Assembly (NCBI GenBank): GCA_964187785.1
Contig: OZ076409.1
Span: 32,862,001-32,926,000, forward strand
DNA length: 64,000 nucleotides
From: Amphiscolops sp. MND2022
Lineage: Eukaryota
Reading direction: 5' to 3'
Within the stretch, counting starts at the first letter, position 1. Each line of letters starts with the position of its first letter. Shown piece after piece: positions 1 through 11,394 of the stretch. The notes under the pieces were generated by a model that was not told where the DNA came from, made no database searches, and saw only the letters and a program-made list of their open reading frames with translations. A program made the position numbers and the translations under genes.

Positions 1-600
1 GAAAAAATATTTTCACCGCGCTTCACAAAAATAATCTACTTCTATAAACACTATCAACCGCAATATGGAAAAATTTTAATGGAAAGCGAAGCAAAAAGTA
101 TAGATGTGGAGTTTGTTCAAGGATTGGATTGGAATGCTTTGGAAAGAGCGGAAGCTCTCAAAAAACGAATTCTTTTGGTTTTGGATGATTTGTTTGACGA
201 AGCTGCCCCAAGCAAAGAGTTCCTAGCAATTGTAATTGCAGGTCGCCATCGAAATGTTCATCTAATGGTTCTGCGGCACAATTTGTATCAGCAATCTAAA
301 AATTCAAAAACAATCGACCTAAATGTGACCCAGATTATTCTATTCAACAGTCCAAGGGATTCAGAACAGATTGGTATCCTGGGACGACAGCTGGGCGAGA
401 GGCAAACAACTATCGATGCATATAAAAGAGCTACTCGGAAACCTTTTGGTCATTTGATGATCGACCTCGACGTGAGAAGTAGCAAACTGTTGAGGTATTC
501 CTCGAATTGTTCTGGCGAGGGACCATCCGTTTTCTATTGTTCCACTGACAAGCTTAATTTAAACCTTGAGAATGAGTTTACAAAACTATTATACAGTTGA
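1..600 (+). CDS. A32/FtsK-like DNA packaging ATPase (5'-partial)
   Basis: Frame is open from base 1; Walker B LLVLDDL followed by GRHRN...HNLY, typical of Polinton ATPases. Confidence 0.9.
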   Translation, partial: EKIFSPRFTKIIYFYKHYQPQYGKILMESEAKSIDVEFVQGLDWNALERAEALKKRILLVLDDLFDEAAPSKEFLAIVIAGRHRNVHLMVLRHNLYQQSKNSKTIDLNVTQIILFNSPRDSEQIGILGRQLGERQTTIDAYKRATRKPFGHLMIDLDVRSSKLLRYSSNCSGEGPSVFYCSTDKLNLNLENEFTKLLYS

Positions 601-919
601 TTTATTCGTTAAATTTCCAACAGTTCTGAAGAAATGCTTCATTCTAAATTGCTCAGATGATATAATAAAGTTTTTCTGCGATTCAATTTTTAATGTAGTT
701 AAAGGAAACGTAAAGTTAGCGAAAGCGCTACAAAGTAAACTGTCAACCTTATCACGTGAGAAGAAAACTATGGAAAACTTATGCTCTAAGCGAAAAGTTT
801 CAGTTAGAAGAAAACGCTACATACTTGCATCTACACGAGGCCTACGTTTGTTGAAGCTGATTCTCCCTTCAGTATCGAATCATTTAAAAATTTGTCATGG
901 TATCGAACGGCAGCGTTAA
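572..919 (+). CDS. PZ-like small basic Polinton protein
   Basis: FCDSIFNVVKGNVKL...RRKRYILAS..GL.LL..ILP resembles the conserved Maverick PZ pattern; ATG at 572; position next to the ATPase. Confidence 0.6.
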   Translation: MSLQNYYTVDLFVKFPTVLKKCFILNCSDDIIKFFCDSIFNVVKGNVKLAKALQSKLSTLSREKKTMENLCSKRKVSVRRKRYILASTRGLRLLKLILPSVSNHLKICHGIERQR

Positions 920-1598
920 AGAATTCGTCCTAATAACTCAAGACGAATACAGCTTTTTGAAACATAAGGGACAGAAGGAAGATCAAAACTTGGACACTCG
1001 CGAAAAGCAAAAACGCAACTTTCTCGCTCAGTTTACTCCGAATCCAGAGGAGCCCCCATTACATTTAGAAGCAGACCCAAAGGAGGAAAATCCGACAATT
1101 CAACAAGAACAATCATTACTCGCTCAAATCAATTTGAATTCAAGGTTCCAAGAAAAGAAAAAAACGCTTGACACCAAAACATCAGAAAACTCTAGTACTG
1201 ATTACCAAGTGAACAATACACCGGACCGTGTTTTATCCAGTTTACTGCAGTCGGGAATAACGGGGGGAAAAATTGAGCGGTCCCGTCAAATATTGAAAGC
1301 AATCCAACAAAGTGAGCGAGTCTGCATCGACGAAAACACCCAGAGCATCTTTTTAGACCAACAGGACACGCGAATTGGTGTAACAGATTTCCTCACAGCT
1401 CTTCAAGTCAACACCAAGCAATTGCCAAAGCAACTTTTGAACTTGGTCGAAGTTCTCCGCCTGCCACAATATCTTTTAGCGAATACGTACGCCAGACAAA
1501 CAAGTTCTCAAATTCAATCGAGGTTGGCTTCAGGTGAGTCTGTGGCGAAACGAATCAAGCTCGATACCGAACCTAACAGCAGTTGGTTGACAATTTGA
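897..1598 (+). CDS. Polinton hypothetical protein (possibly equivalent to the C-terminal part of PZ)
   Basis: 233-aa ORF tightly packed between the PZ-like ORF and the integrase. Confidence 0.6.
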   Translation: MVSNGSVKEFVLITQDEYSFLKHKGQKEDQNLDTREKQKRNFLAQFTPNPEEPPLHLEADPKEENPTIQQEQSLLAQINLNSRFQEKKKTLDTKTSENSSTDYQVNNTPDRVLSSLLQSGITGGKIERSRQILKAIQQSERVCIDENTQSIFLDQQDTRIGVTDFLTALQVNTKQLPKQLLNLVEVLRLPQYLLANTYARQTSSQIQSRLASGESVAKRIKLDTEPNSSWLTI

Positions 1599-1609
1599 AC
1601 CTTTTCACA

Positions 1610-2788
1610 ATGGGTGCGAGGAAGAAGAAATGGTTTTGTGGATCATGTCAAAAAAATTTGGGCAAAGGATCAAAAATCTGCCCCACAGTATGGTGTCATA
1701 TTTGCGGTTGGGTTCACTTCAAGTGTGCCGGTATCAAAACCATCAGTGAAAATAATGACAACTTTATATGTACAAATTGCTCAAAAAAGAGAATTTTGAT
1801 TGAGAATGATGACTCGTACGAGGCAGCATTTAACAAGATTCACGATTCCTACACCAATACTCAGAAAGCCACAGCATTCGGGAGCCGGCAAAATTTGATA
1901 AAAGCTACAAAATGTTCTCCCAAACAAGTGGACAAGTACTTGCATGCAAGCGAGACCTATACGAAATTCAAGATGGCTAAGAAACGTTTCATCAGACTCA
2001 AAGTCATCAGTTACAGACTGAATGAAATTTGGTCAATTGATTTGGCTGACATGCAGCAACTTGCGAGAGACAATTCAGGAATCAAGTACCTTTTCGTAGC
2101 TGTAGACACCCTTAGTCGATTTCTCTGGGCATCTGGAATGAAATCAAAAACCTCCAAGGAATGTGCAGACGTCCTGAAAAAAATCATCGCTTCCAATAGT
2201 CGCAGAACAGGTCCAAAAATTTGCACAAAAACTTTCTCTCCTGAAAAACTCTGGGCAGATAAAGGTAGAGAATTTGAAGGAGAGTTTGCAACATTTTGCA
2301 GGGAAAAGGGTATCGAAATTTACTCCACACAGAGCGAGACGAAGTCGGCAATGGCCGAACGGTATATCCGAACATTGAAGTCTTTGATTTTCAAATATTT
2401 GCATGAGCATGACACTAATCGGTATATCGATCAACTCGACAATTTTGCTTCCATCATAAATAGCCGAGTTAATCGCATCACAAAGTTGGCTCCGCGAACA
2501 GTTTCCCAAAAAGACGTTCCTTACCTAGTTTCTCTTTGCAACACGAATCTTCCACAACGACCAAAATTTAAAATTGGTGATCAAGTTCGAGTTCGCCGAA
2601 AAATAGAAACATTTCATCGTGGCTACAAAATACAATTCACTGAAGAGCTCTTTACCATAGTTCAAATACCGACAAATAACCCGCCAACATACGTGGTAAA
2701 AGACACAAAGAACGAAATAATTTTGGGAAAGTTTTATGAACCGGAATTGGTAAAATTCACACCATTACATCATAAAAATGGCAATTGA
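1610..2788 (+). CDS. Retroviral-type (rve) DDE integrase with N-terminal PHD finger
   Basis: Catalytic motifs WSIDLADM, LWADKGREF and AERYIRTLK; C-terminal FKIGDQVR...FYEPEL; N-terminal C4HC3 (CGSC..CHIC..HFKC..CTNC). Confidence 0.93.
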   Translation: MGARKKKWFCGSCQKNLGKGSKICPTVWCHICGWVHFKCAGIKTISENNDNFICTNCSKKRILIENDDSYEAAFNKIHDSYTNTQKATAFGSRQNLIKATKCSPKQVDKYLHASETYTKFKMAKKRFIRLKVISYRLNEIWSIDLADMQQLARDNSGIKYLFVAVDTLSRFLWASGMKSKTSKECADVLKKIIASNSRRTGPKICTKTFSPEKLWADKGREFEGEFATFCREKGIEIYSTQSETKSAMAERYIRTLKSLIFKYLHEHDTNRYIDQLDNFASIINSRVNRITKLAPRTVSQKDVPYLVSLCNTNLPQRPKFKIGDQVRVRRKIETFHRGYKIQFTEELFTIVQIPTNNPPTYVVKDTKNEIILGKFYEPELVKFTPLHHKNGN

Positions 2789-3776
2789 TACAAAAGGATG
2801 CGAATTTACCTTGAACCTGATATCCAACGCATCGATGGAAACCTTCCCGGGAAACAGGTTGTCCAGTTTCACCACTCTTTTATCAGAGCCTTTCAATTTA
2901 CCGGGTGAATGGCAAGTAGCTCTCGTGGAACTGTCTTGGCCGGCAATGATTCGCAATGTCACTGAGGGTCAAATAACAGTCTCTAAAAGCCTCGATACTC
3001 CTAAAGCATCATCAACTCTACAAAATCCTAGACGATCCACAGGACTCGTATCAATGACTGTTCCGAAGGCATTTCGCTCGTCAAACGTGCAATTCACTGC
3101 TCCAGAAACTAAGCAAATCAAAACGGGTTGCTATTCTTCAATCGATTCAATCTTGAAATCAATCTTCAAAACCGCCACTGACGGCAAAGTGAAGCTGCAC
3201 CCTTCAATGAGTGGAAAAACGAACGAAGTGTCAAAGACTGGACTACCATCTATTTCATGGAAAGTTGATTGCGCAACAGAGGAGCTACAAGTCAAATTTG
3301 TGGGAAACGTGAAGACACACGGGTTGGTAATCAAAGCAAAGTCCCAAGATTTGAAAAACATTTTGGGAACGACAACACTGATCGATTGCCAAAGTGACGC
3401 TTCGGCAAGAGAGCAACCATCAGAGAGGGGTGATGATGATTGCAGAATTGTCAAACATGAAGGACAGTGGCCAATTGATCTCAATGGTGGAAGTCATACA
3501 ATGTTTGTGTATTGTGACTTGGTTCAAAACGAAACTTTGGGTGATGTGCGTACAGCGTTGCTTCGATCGGTCCCCCTTGAAAGTTTATCCAACTCTAGTC
3601 AAAAGAGGAGGGAAGTTAATCACAGAAGTTTTACAAATTTGCAATGGAAGAGAGTCTACAAATCGCAGTTTCAGTCAATCACGCTCTCATTGGCAAACGA
3701 AATTGGTCAAACGATGCCCTTTTTGAGTTGCGGACGAACCAACATTACCCTAGCACTTAGACCCAAACCACTCTAG
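2778..3776 (+). CDS. Minor capsid (penton-like) protein
   Basis: F.L.L.SNASM..FP.N..S.F...L....L.GEW.VAL.E N-terminus and MFVYCDLV....GD....LLR, typical of Polinton minor capsid proteins. Confidence 0.85.
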   Translation: MAIDTKGCEFTLNLISNASMETFPGNRLSSFTTLLSEPFNLPGEWQVALVELSWPAMIRNVTEGQITVSKSLDTPKASSTLQNPRRSTGLVSMTVPKAFRSSNVQFTAPETKQIKTGCYSSIDSILKSIFKTATDGKVKLHPSMSGKTNEVSKTGLPSISWKVDCATEELQVKFVGNVKTHGLVIKAKSQDLKNILGTTTLIDCQSDASAREQPSERGDDDCRIVKHEGQWPIDLNGGSHTMFVYCDLVQNETLGDVRTALLRSVPLESLSNSSQKRREVNHRSFTNLQWKRVYKSQFQSITLSLANEIGQTMPFLSCGRTNITLALRPKPL

Positions 3777-3881
3777 ACAAAATCATTTGCGGAGCATTTA
3801 TTGAAGCAAACAGTTGCCGTCACTCACTACTTATCCATCATTGTTCTTTCAAAAGATTACCGCAAGCACTAGTTGAAGATC

Positions 3882-4412
3882 ATGGACGCTCATTACGACG
3901 CTCAAATACAGTCTCTAGCCTCGCATCCCTCAACTTTCAGCGGCCCCGCTCGACAAATGGGAGCAGGTGGTGGTTTGGGTGCCTTTGCAGTAAGAATGGG
4001 AAGAGTGGCCATTCCAGTGATTAAAAAGTACATCTTACCGGTCGCCAAACAAGTGGGAAAAAATTTACTGGAATCTGCACTGCCTGAAATGAGTAATGTG
4101 CTCAGTGGCAAAAAACGAGTTAGCCATAAAATGCTAAAATCGGTAGTCCAAAACACTGCTGAACGAATGCTTGTTAAAAATTCCAAGAAGCTCAAAGCGG
4201 CAACACACCCGGAGAGCAGCCAAACTTCCACGGAGCCGCAGCGGGCGGGGCGGAACGGCGGCGGGCGAGCGGGGAGCGGTCCAACCGCCAATCGAAAAAG
4301 GTTTAAAGCAACCTCATCTGATAAAACAACGACTTCGCTCATTTCTGGAAAAAGTCCCGCAAAAAGAAGTCGGTCCGATATTTTGTCCCAAATTCAATTC
4401 TCAGCAGTTTGA
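3882..4412 (+). CDS. PW-like basic core protein
   Basis: HY..Q...F.G..RQ.G.GGLG motif, then an amphipathic basic helix and an Arg/Lys-rich tail; lies between the two capsid genes. Confidence 0.65.
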   Translation: MDAHYDAQIQSLASHPSTFSGPARQMGAGGGLGAFAVRMGRVAIPVIKKYILPVAKQVGKNLLESALPEMSNVLSGKKRVSHKMLKSVVQNTAERMLVKNSKKLKAATHPESSQTSTEPQRAGRNGGGRAGSGPTANRKRFKATSSDKTTTSLISGKSPAKRSRSDILSQIQFSAV

Positions 4413-4475
4413 ATCACGCACTGCAAGCTGGCTGCAGCATCAGTATCTTCGAGTGGCAATTTTTTCGGGAGCGCT

Positions 4476-5788
4476 ATGGAAATTGCTAGCCCAGTTACAC
4501 ATAGTGCTTTGGATTTCTTCGAAAAACCCAATGTTCTAATAAACTACGAAGGCTCATACGACCAAGAAGTGTTTCCTCACGTTGGATGTCGAGGTCCTCA
4601 GCTAGACTTTTTTATTTCTGCAGAATCAAAAAACTTGATTGACTTGAACCGTATTGTATTGAACGTTAAAGTTGGAATTTATCAAGAAGATGGCAAAGAT
4701 CGACTCAAAGTGAATGAACAAAACATTGTGTTTGGAAATAACACGTTGCATACTCTCTTTTCTCATGCCGAATTATATCTGAATGGCAAACTAATTTCAC
4801 ACAGTAACAATTGCTATTTACATTCGGCTTTTATAGAAACTGAACTCACGACGGATTCCGAAGCAAAAAATACTTGGGCAAAATGCCAAGGATACAATTA
4901 TCTCGCAAAGTCTACTAAACGGCTCGACCTTCATAATGCGCTTTATGCTGAATTTGACCAACAAAAAGAATGTACCATGGAGTTGTGCGGGGCCTTGCAC
5001 ATTGACTTTTTAGATTGTGAAAAACTTCTCGTGCCCGGTGTCACACTTCATTTGCGCCTTTACCGATCTCCCACAAATACGCTTCTGTCTTTGAATGGTT
5101 CAGACGATGAAGCGAAAGCTTTGGAAGGAAAAGTTCAAGGAGTAATTGAAAAGGCATCTCTGTTTGTCAGAAAAGTGGTTGTGACAGACAGCGTTAAGTT
5201 GTCTATAGAGAAGGCCCTAGTTAAAAGCGCAGCCATTTACCCTTATATTGAAAGTTTGAACAAGAGTTTCATTATTCAAGCCGGTCAAAACTGCTTTGTC
5301 AAGGAGAATGTGTTTGGAACGGAACCAATTCGTAGGTTGACCAATGCAAGGTTAAAAATTCACTTTTTCGAAGCACTCCCTTGAATCACTCGCCTTTCAC
5401 CTATCAAAAATTTTCACTAGAACGAGTAGAGCTTCAACGTGGTAATGGCGTCCCACTAGCAGGAACACCCCTAAACACCAACAACAACACTCGGCTCTAC
5501 TATAACACCATAACAGCATTGGGATTTGGCAAAAGTGGAAACGGAATCAAACTTGAAGATTTTGAAGACAATCACTTTTTTCTAGTGTTCGACTTGACGT
5601 CAACGGAAGAAGCGAGCAAGAGCTTGACCTTATTTCCTGAACTCACCGGATCAAGTTTGACATTGAAACTTTATTTTTCCAAAGCGCTTGAAGACGCTAT
5701 AGAGCTGTTCCTTATTGGCGAAAGATTCAGTCAGATATTCATTGATTCTTCTCGGAACGTATCCAAAAACACTTTGATTGATAGATAA
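4476..5788 (+). pseudogene. Major capsid protein (double jelly-roll) split by a 1-nt frameshift near 5343
   Basis: SALDFF, IDLNRI, NNTLHTLFS..E.Y.NG and the C-terminal FLVFDLT...L.L.F..AL. ORFs 4476-5384 and 5381-5788 join if one base is restored after RRLT. Confidence 0.85.
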
Positions 5789-6320
5789 TATCAGCCTGAA
5801 AAGAATTGCTATGCTGTGCGGCTCGACTGAACACACATTTGGTGGTATTTGGTCCTCTGACAACTTTCCTAAAATAAAGGAGAGGCGCAGCAAGAAGAAA
5901 AACACGGTCGAACTATGCAGAGTCGTCAGATTTCAAATCATAAACTCAGAACCTTCAAGTTCAAGTGGCCGACATTGGCTGCTTTTGATAGTAATCAACA
6001 TTCGGGACGAAAATAAGACTTTTGTGTGGGATTGTCTGGGTCGACCACTTTCATTTTACGAGCATTTTCATATGAGGCTAATCAAGCTTTATGGTCAAGC
6101 CCCTGGTGCTTTCACAACTCTTAATTTACCCTTACAAAAATCTAGTTCAAATCTATGCGGCCTATATTGTCTGTATTTGGTACACTACTTGGTAAAATAC
6201 CCATTCACTGTTCTAGAAATGCATAAAAAATGTAAGCTGTTACAAACAACTGAAATTGATATAGTACGATTTTTCAACAAAAAAATTGAAGGCGCTATTT
6301 TTAAATACAAAATTTTATAA
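5778..6320 (+). CDS. Adenain-like (Ulp1/adenovirus-type) cysteine protease
   Basis: IINSEP...GRHWLL, VWDCLG and LQ..SSNLCGLYC provide the His/Asp/Gln/Cys active-site residues; start codon uncertain. Confidence 0.9.
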   Translation: MIDNISLKRIAMLCGSTEHTFGGIWSSDNFPKIKERRSKKKNTVELCRVVRFQIINSEPSSSSGRHWLLLIVINIRDENKTFVWDCLGRPLSFYEHFHMRLIKLYGQAPGAFTTLNLPLQKSSSNLCGLYCLYLVHYLVKYPFTVLEMHKKCKLLQTTEIDIVRFFNKKIEGAIFKYKIL

Positions 6321-6419
6321 ACGAGGAATTAAAGTTATTAGGCTGTATACACCTGTTTTCTTCGATTCGCGGATTTTGTTCACCATTAGAGAGAGAGATC
6401 AGTTGAAGCGAAATTTCAT

Positions 6420-9400
6420 TCATTGATTTTCATCGTTTTCGTTGTATGCCCGCGTCTTTTTGGAATTGGGCTCACAGACTTCATCTTCCTCCGCTTCCCA
6501 GTCTATAAATGCACAAGTTGGTGCTTCAGAGTCACTTGCTCCGTCGTCGGCAAGATATGAGAGCCGGTCAAAGTCGACAACATCTGATAAGTCATCGTCT
6601 AGTACAGGCTGTTGATTGAAACCCGGATCAGGGAATGCTGAAAAAAATAAGACATTGTGGAAAAGTTCACATTGAAATTGCGAAGACAGGGTTATCTAAA
6701 CATACAAAATGAGGGAAGAGAATTGAAGGCAGATTCGAGGATTCCTTTCGAATGAGGAGAAACTGGCATGGAGGAGCTAGATTCAAGGTCTGTTGAATCA
6801 GGCGTCGAAGGACCAGTCGAAAGATTGGATTCACTAGAGGAGCGCCTATCGCTACTTGAACCATTGCTGCTGCTTGAAGACGCTACAAAAAATGGCTTGT
6901 CACAAAAACTAGATGTTAAGTTTTTTAAATAAAACATGGATTCAATGACCTGACCTGATTCAAAAGTTATTCGGTGGTGGCCATACGCCAGAGACGATAT
7001 CCCATTGTCCAGAATGAACCGCTTGTCATCAAAACTACTTACTGCCACTTTATCAATCTCATTGACTAGAATCTGATGACAAGATGAACGTAACTGGGTC
7101 ATCGTTTTGGTCACTGACTTCTTTGTGAAAAGGCACTCCTTAAACAAATCATGGTTCAGCGTTTTTTTCACAGTTTTCTGTACACCTTTGGCACTTTGCT
7201 TCTTTCCGCCAATATAATCAATGCTGTATAACTTTGACCGCAGGCAAACCACTTCATGCAATACTTTACCATTGAGTTCATCAGTCATAGTGAGTGGCAC
7301 TTTTTTGTTGGTAGGGTCATACAGCGGATGTTCTGGCGGATAGTCGGAAAGATCCAATAAATGCTTGAAGCTTTCCATGTCTTTGTATAGATCAGATGTT
7401 TCAACCAGGTACAGTAAGGAGTCGGTATCTTTATAAGCAACTTTCAATCGATCTGAAGAGTAGCGTGGTACCATCTCTTCATAATGAAATTTGTACAAAG
7501 ACAGCTTGGACAAATCGAGAATGGAAGCCCCAACAGGAGTAGGCTTGGTCCATAAAACAGATGAACTTTTGAATGACACGGACACCAAATTATCATTAAT
7601 TATTTGGAACGATTTAAAAGTTGCGCGCTGTGCTAAGGTTTCAGCTTGCTGGGGGTTGGTAACAAACTTCATTTGAGAACGCTTTCGCAAGTTTTCCATA
7701 GTTTTCCCGAAGCAAGCATTGCTCATTAACTTGTAGAAATTCTTCTCGAAGTCATTGGTAGCTTGCTTTCGCATAACGGTGTTCTTCTCTATGTACACCC
7801 CCAACCATGTGCTTTGCTGGAACTCGCAAACACGATGTAACTTTGAAACTTGGAGCCCATGTTTTACATAAAACTTCAAATTCTGATAGTGGCAAACGTA
7901 ATTTTTTTTATCGTATAAAGTTTCGACAAGTTTCGGCGTTTTGCTGGCCTTGACACCAAAAGAATTCGCATAAGGAGAAAGCCAAGAAGGTCGAATGCAC
8001 ACTTTCTCTGGGGCTAGTGGCAGGCCATTGTGACTATCGTGCAAATGAGACGGATACTTTAAATCAACCTCAACAAAGTAACCAACATTGGAATCTTCTG
8101 GGGTCTGTAGAATTTCTGCAAGCGTGATACAAGTATTCCATTTGTAATTTCCTAAAGGCATCATTTTTTGCATTGTCCCAGCGTACAAAGAAGTCACATC
8201 AAAAAAAGCGCCAAACGTAGTCGTTTCATTGCCATCAAAACTTTCCAAATAGGGGTTGTTTGCTTTGAAGTGTCTCAATTCGCCAACTCCATTGATACCT
8301 CCACGGATAGCCCGTTCGAAGAAAAGAAGCATGTCAATATCCTCTAATAACCCTAGTTTAACATTAGTTGAGATAAGCATCGCTTCCCAGCTTAAATTTG
8401 GAGCTGAATAAAAATGTGTAGGATCAAGTTTGTATACACTGAGACATACACTTCTAAACTTTTCAAAGATATCAGCGAGGATAAGCACATCTGTTTTCAA
8501 GTATATGTCATGGTAGTCTCCAAGGTTGTTACAACTGAACTCTCTGTAAACGTCTACTGCGTGTTGGTAATCAGCAAAGGTTATGTCAATTTTACCAGAG
8601 AGACTGTTTCTCCATGATTCACCATATTCTGGTAAAGGCTTTTGAAACTTCGTGAAGCTATCTAAATAGCTATAGGGAAAGAAACATTTGCGTGTAATCT
8701 TGCCAAATAAATTATCGGGAATACCCAAAAAACCATCTTTCAGATGCTTGAAGTCTGTTTGGGACAGTGTTCTTGCTAAACTTTCAAGACTCTGAGAAAC
8801 AAATTGATAACTGTCCAAAAAACGGAGGGAATGAACCAACTTAACAATTTTTCCGCATTTCTTTTTATATGTACCCACGGGAACATTGATACTGAAAGAA
8901 ATGAAAGTTTCGTCGGTTTTTGATATAGCTGTCAAGTCTTCGGCTGGCTTCAGTTTCAAATTTTTGATAATGTGATGAGCATCATATCTGGACAAATTGT
9001 GAAAAAAAATAGGCAGAAAATTTGGCGTTCGGGCTCTGAGATTACATCTTGAATGTGCAATTCCGAATACAGCTCCAGTTAAGTGGCAGTGATGTATAAC
9101 ACGGTCTGATCTCTCAACGTCTTTTCCACAAATAAAGCAAGTTTTCGAAGATTTAAGCATTTGCTTTCTTTGCTGCTTCGGAATATTCAGAAATCTGTAG
9201 TTTTGTTTTTCTCTATAACACCAGGAAAGCCAATTCCTCAGAGTATCTAACAACTTGGAGATAGGATCTTCGCCTCTATAGAATGATTGCTTTGTAATTT
9301 TATTGCCTGAAACAGTAGCGTTAGTTTACGAAGCTTACACTTTCTTCACCAATTGAAAGCACACGGTATGAAGTTAGAAAAAAAGATAACTTACTTCTGG

Positions 9401-10826
9401 AATCAACTAACACAGCACCATAACTTGCTGGGTACTGCCTCTCCACTTCCCGCGTTCGACTATGGGTTGCAGTTTGCAGAACTGTTGAGGCTACATTAAT
9501 CGCTTCGAGGTCAGCATATACCACAAACGGACACTTTTGAGTCTTCTCCCAATGAAAAAACTCAATGCTTGTTGACACGTCAGGCATTCGTATTTCCAGC
9601 GGTGCATTCGTCTCGCAAAACATAACGTGCTTCTTGAAGTTTTGTTTGACAATGGGTTGAAAGCAGTTCCGGCAAAATCGGGATTTGGGACCCTTCCCTT
9701 GCTTAAGTTTTGATCGAGTCAGGAAATGAATCAAATTGGAAAAGTTTTTGATCAAACAGTAGTGATTGTTTTTGTTGTCAACCAACCGCAAAAGATCAAT
9801 TTTATTCCTCGCCTTCCGATTTTTTGTGTGATATACAGACACTAGCTTACTCTCCTCCAATTGGTAAACATTGATGGAACAGTCATTTTTTCTTTCGAAG
9901 CAAGGGATTGACGTTAGAGGCATTGGCATAAGTTTCGAATTGAAATGTAGTCGCTGGATGTTTTTCCTGTGTGACTTGGAACTTGTGGCTCTTCCAACAA
10001 ACGAAAACAATGCTGCCGCTATACAGTACAAAAAGCAGAAATTGTCCCGTTTGTTAACAATATTTAAAATGGTTCGGGTCAATGGCTTTAGGAGCGCAGG
10101 TGTTTCAATGTAAGAAGCACCAGTTACGTTACTGCACGACACTGTTTTGATTTCCAATCGCTTCAAGGACTGTACCACCCAACCGGAGCCTCCAGTAGCA
10201 AAGACATTCAACTGACTCATCAACGCATCAACATGTTCATAGTATTCATCATCCGTGAAGGCACATGCGATTCTGGACATTGGTGAATTGAAAAACGCCT
10301 CAGTAACTTCGCTCTCAAAAGGTTTCTCCAATTTGACACTGATCGTTATACCCAGCTTAACATTTGGTGTTTCTTTCAAAAGATTGTTCACGAATCCAAT
10401 AACTCGATCTTTTTGAGAAACCAAATAGTTGAATGGCTCCAATGCTCTATCACTCTCCAACTTGACGCGATGAATAAGGAATTTGGAACTTATTGCTTTG
10501 GTCGTGAATTCAAGCAAGCTACAGACATCAATCGTATTCGAGTGAGGGGTTTTTGTTTCACCATGGAAAACTTCGTTGTGATCTACGAGTGCAGCTTCGT
10601 TCCCAAAATATGTGGGACAGGAGAAGCAACGTACACTGTTATTTGAATTGTGTTGTTTCCTGATGTGTCTCAATAAGTTGGAGCTAATTGTGAAGCTCGC
10701 ATCACATTCACCACATCGGAATAACTTCGCATTGGAATTGCTTTGACTATCGTGTTTTTTTCGCATGTGATCTTTCAAAGCCCGTTCCGAGCCAAAAAGT
10801 TTAGCACATTGGGTACAAGAAAACAT
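6420..10826 (-). CDS. Protein-primed family B DNA polymerase with N-terminal C2H2 zinc fingers; spliced (introns 9307-9394, 6638-6705, possibly 6883-6954)
   Basis: Three C2H2 fingers, GSGW, VVYADLEA exonuclease, HCHLTG..AH..CNL, HNLSRYDAH, DVTSLY, KLMSNACFGK and YKDTDS. GT-AG introns join the ORFs in frame. The 3' exon (6420-6637) is less certain than the catalytic core. Confidence 0.9.
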
Positions 10827-11394
10827 GGTGAAATTCGTTCTTTTAGTTCATAAACAGGTAAAAAGTCGTGGTCCGTTTATTTCACTACAAAAAAATCAGC
10901 ACGGAAAAAACAGCACTTTGTATTTTGGGACCACGGCTTTTTACGGTGCTGGTTCACGTTTTCCGATATTATAGAATTCAAATTAAAATATAACAGAGCG
11001 TCGCAATAGTACTATAGAAAGTGAATTTGAATTGAGGCTCAGTTCATTAGGTGAGAAAGTCGAATTATCGGATTGAGAATTATCGGATTGACCAAGTCAG
11101 AATTTGATAGCCTACTTTCACTTTTGTTAGTTTTGTTCATTTTCCGATTTCGGTACCGAAACTGCCGTTAAAAGTTTGCACAACAAAGTAATTGTGACTA
11201 CGGATGACAGTTGGTTTGCATAGGATTTGATAATCTATATTTGGTTCAAATTGTACTTCGAACTCTCTGACTTAGATGAATTTCGGTTTGGGATCGAAAA
11301 ATTACACTTAGTGGTTTGGGATCGAAAAATTGCAGATGGTGGTTTGGGATCGAAAAATTGCAGTAAACCCCCCCCCCCTTCCCTTACTACTACT

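Larger units (their letters stand above)
1..11394. mobile_element. Polinton/Maverick (adintovirus-like) element, right portion; left end lies outside the window
   Basis: Canonical gene set (ATPase, integrase, minor and major capsid, adenain, pPolB). Ends in ACTACTACT (11386-11394) after a poly-C run and three GGTTTGGGATCGAAAAATT subterminal repeats; an unrelated repeat resumes immediately afterwards. Confidence 0.95.

Noticed and set aside
5340..5384. Programmed ribosomal frameshift in the capsid gene
   Set aside because: No clear slippery heptamer with a downstream structure at the apparent break; a single-base loss explains it more simply.
9254..9394. PolB as a pseudogene split by a stop or frameshift
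   Set aside because: A canonical intron restores the reading frame.
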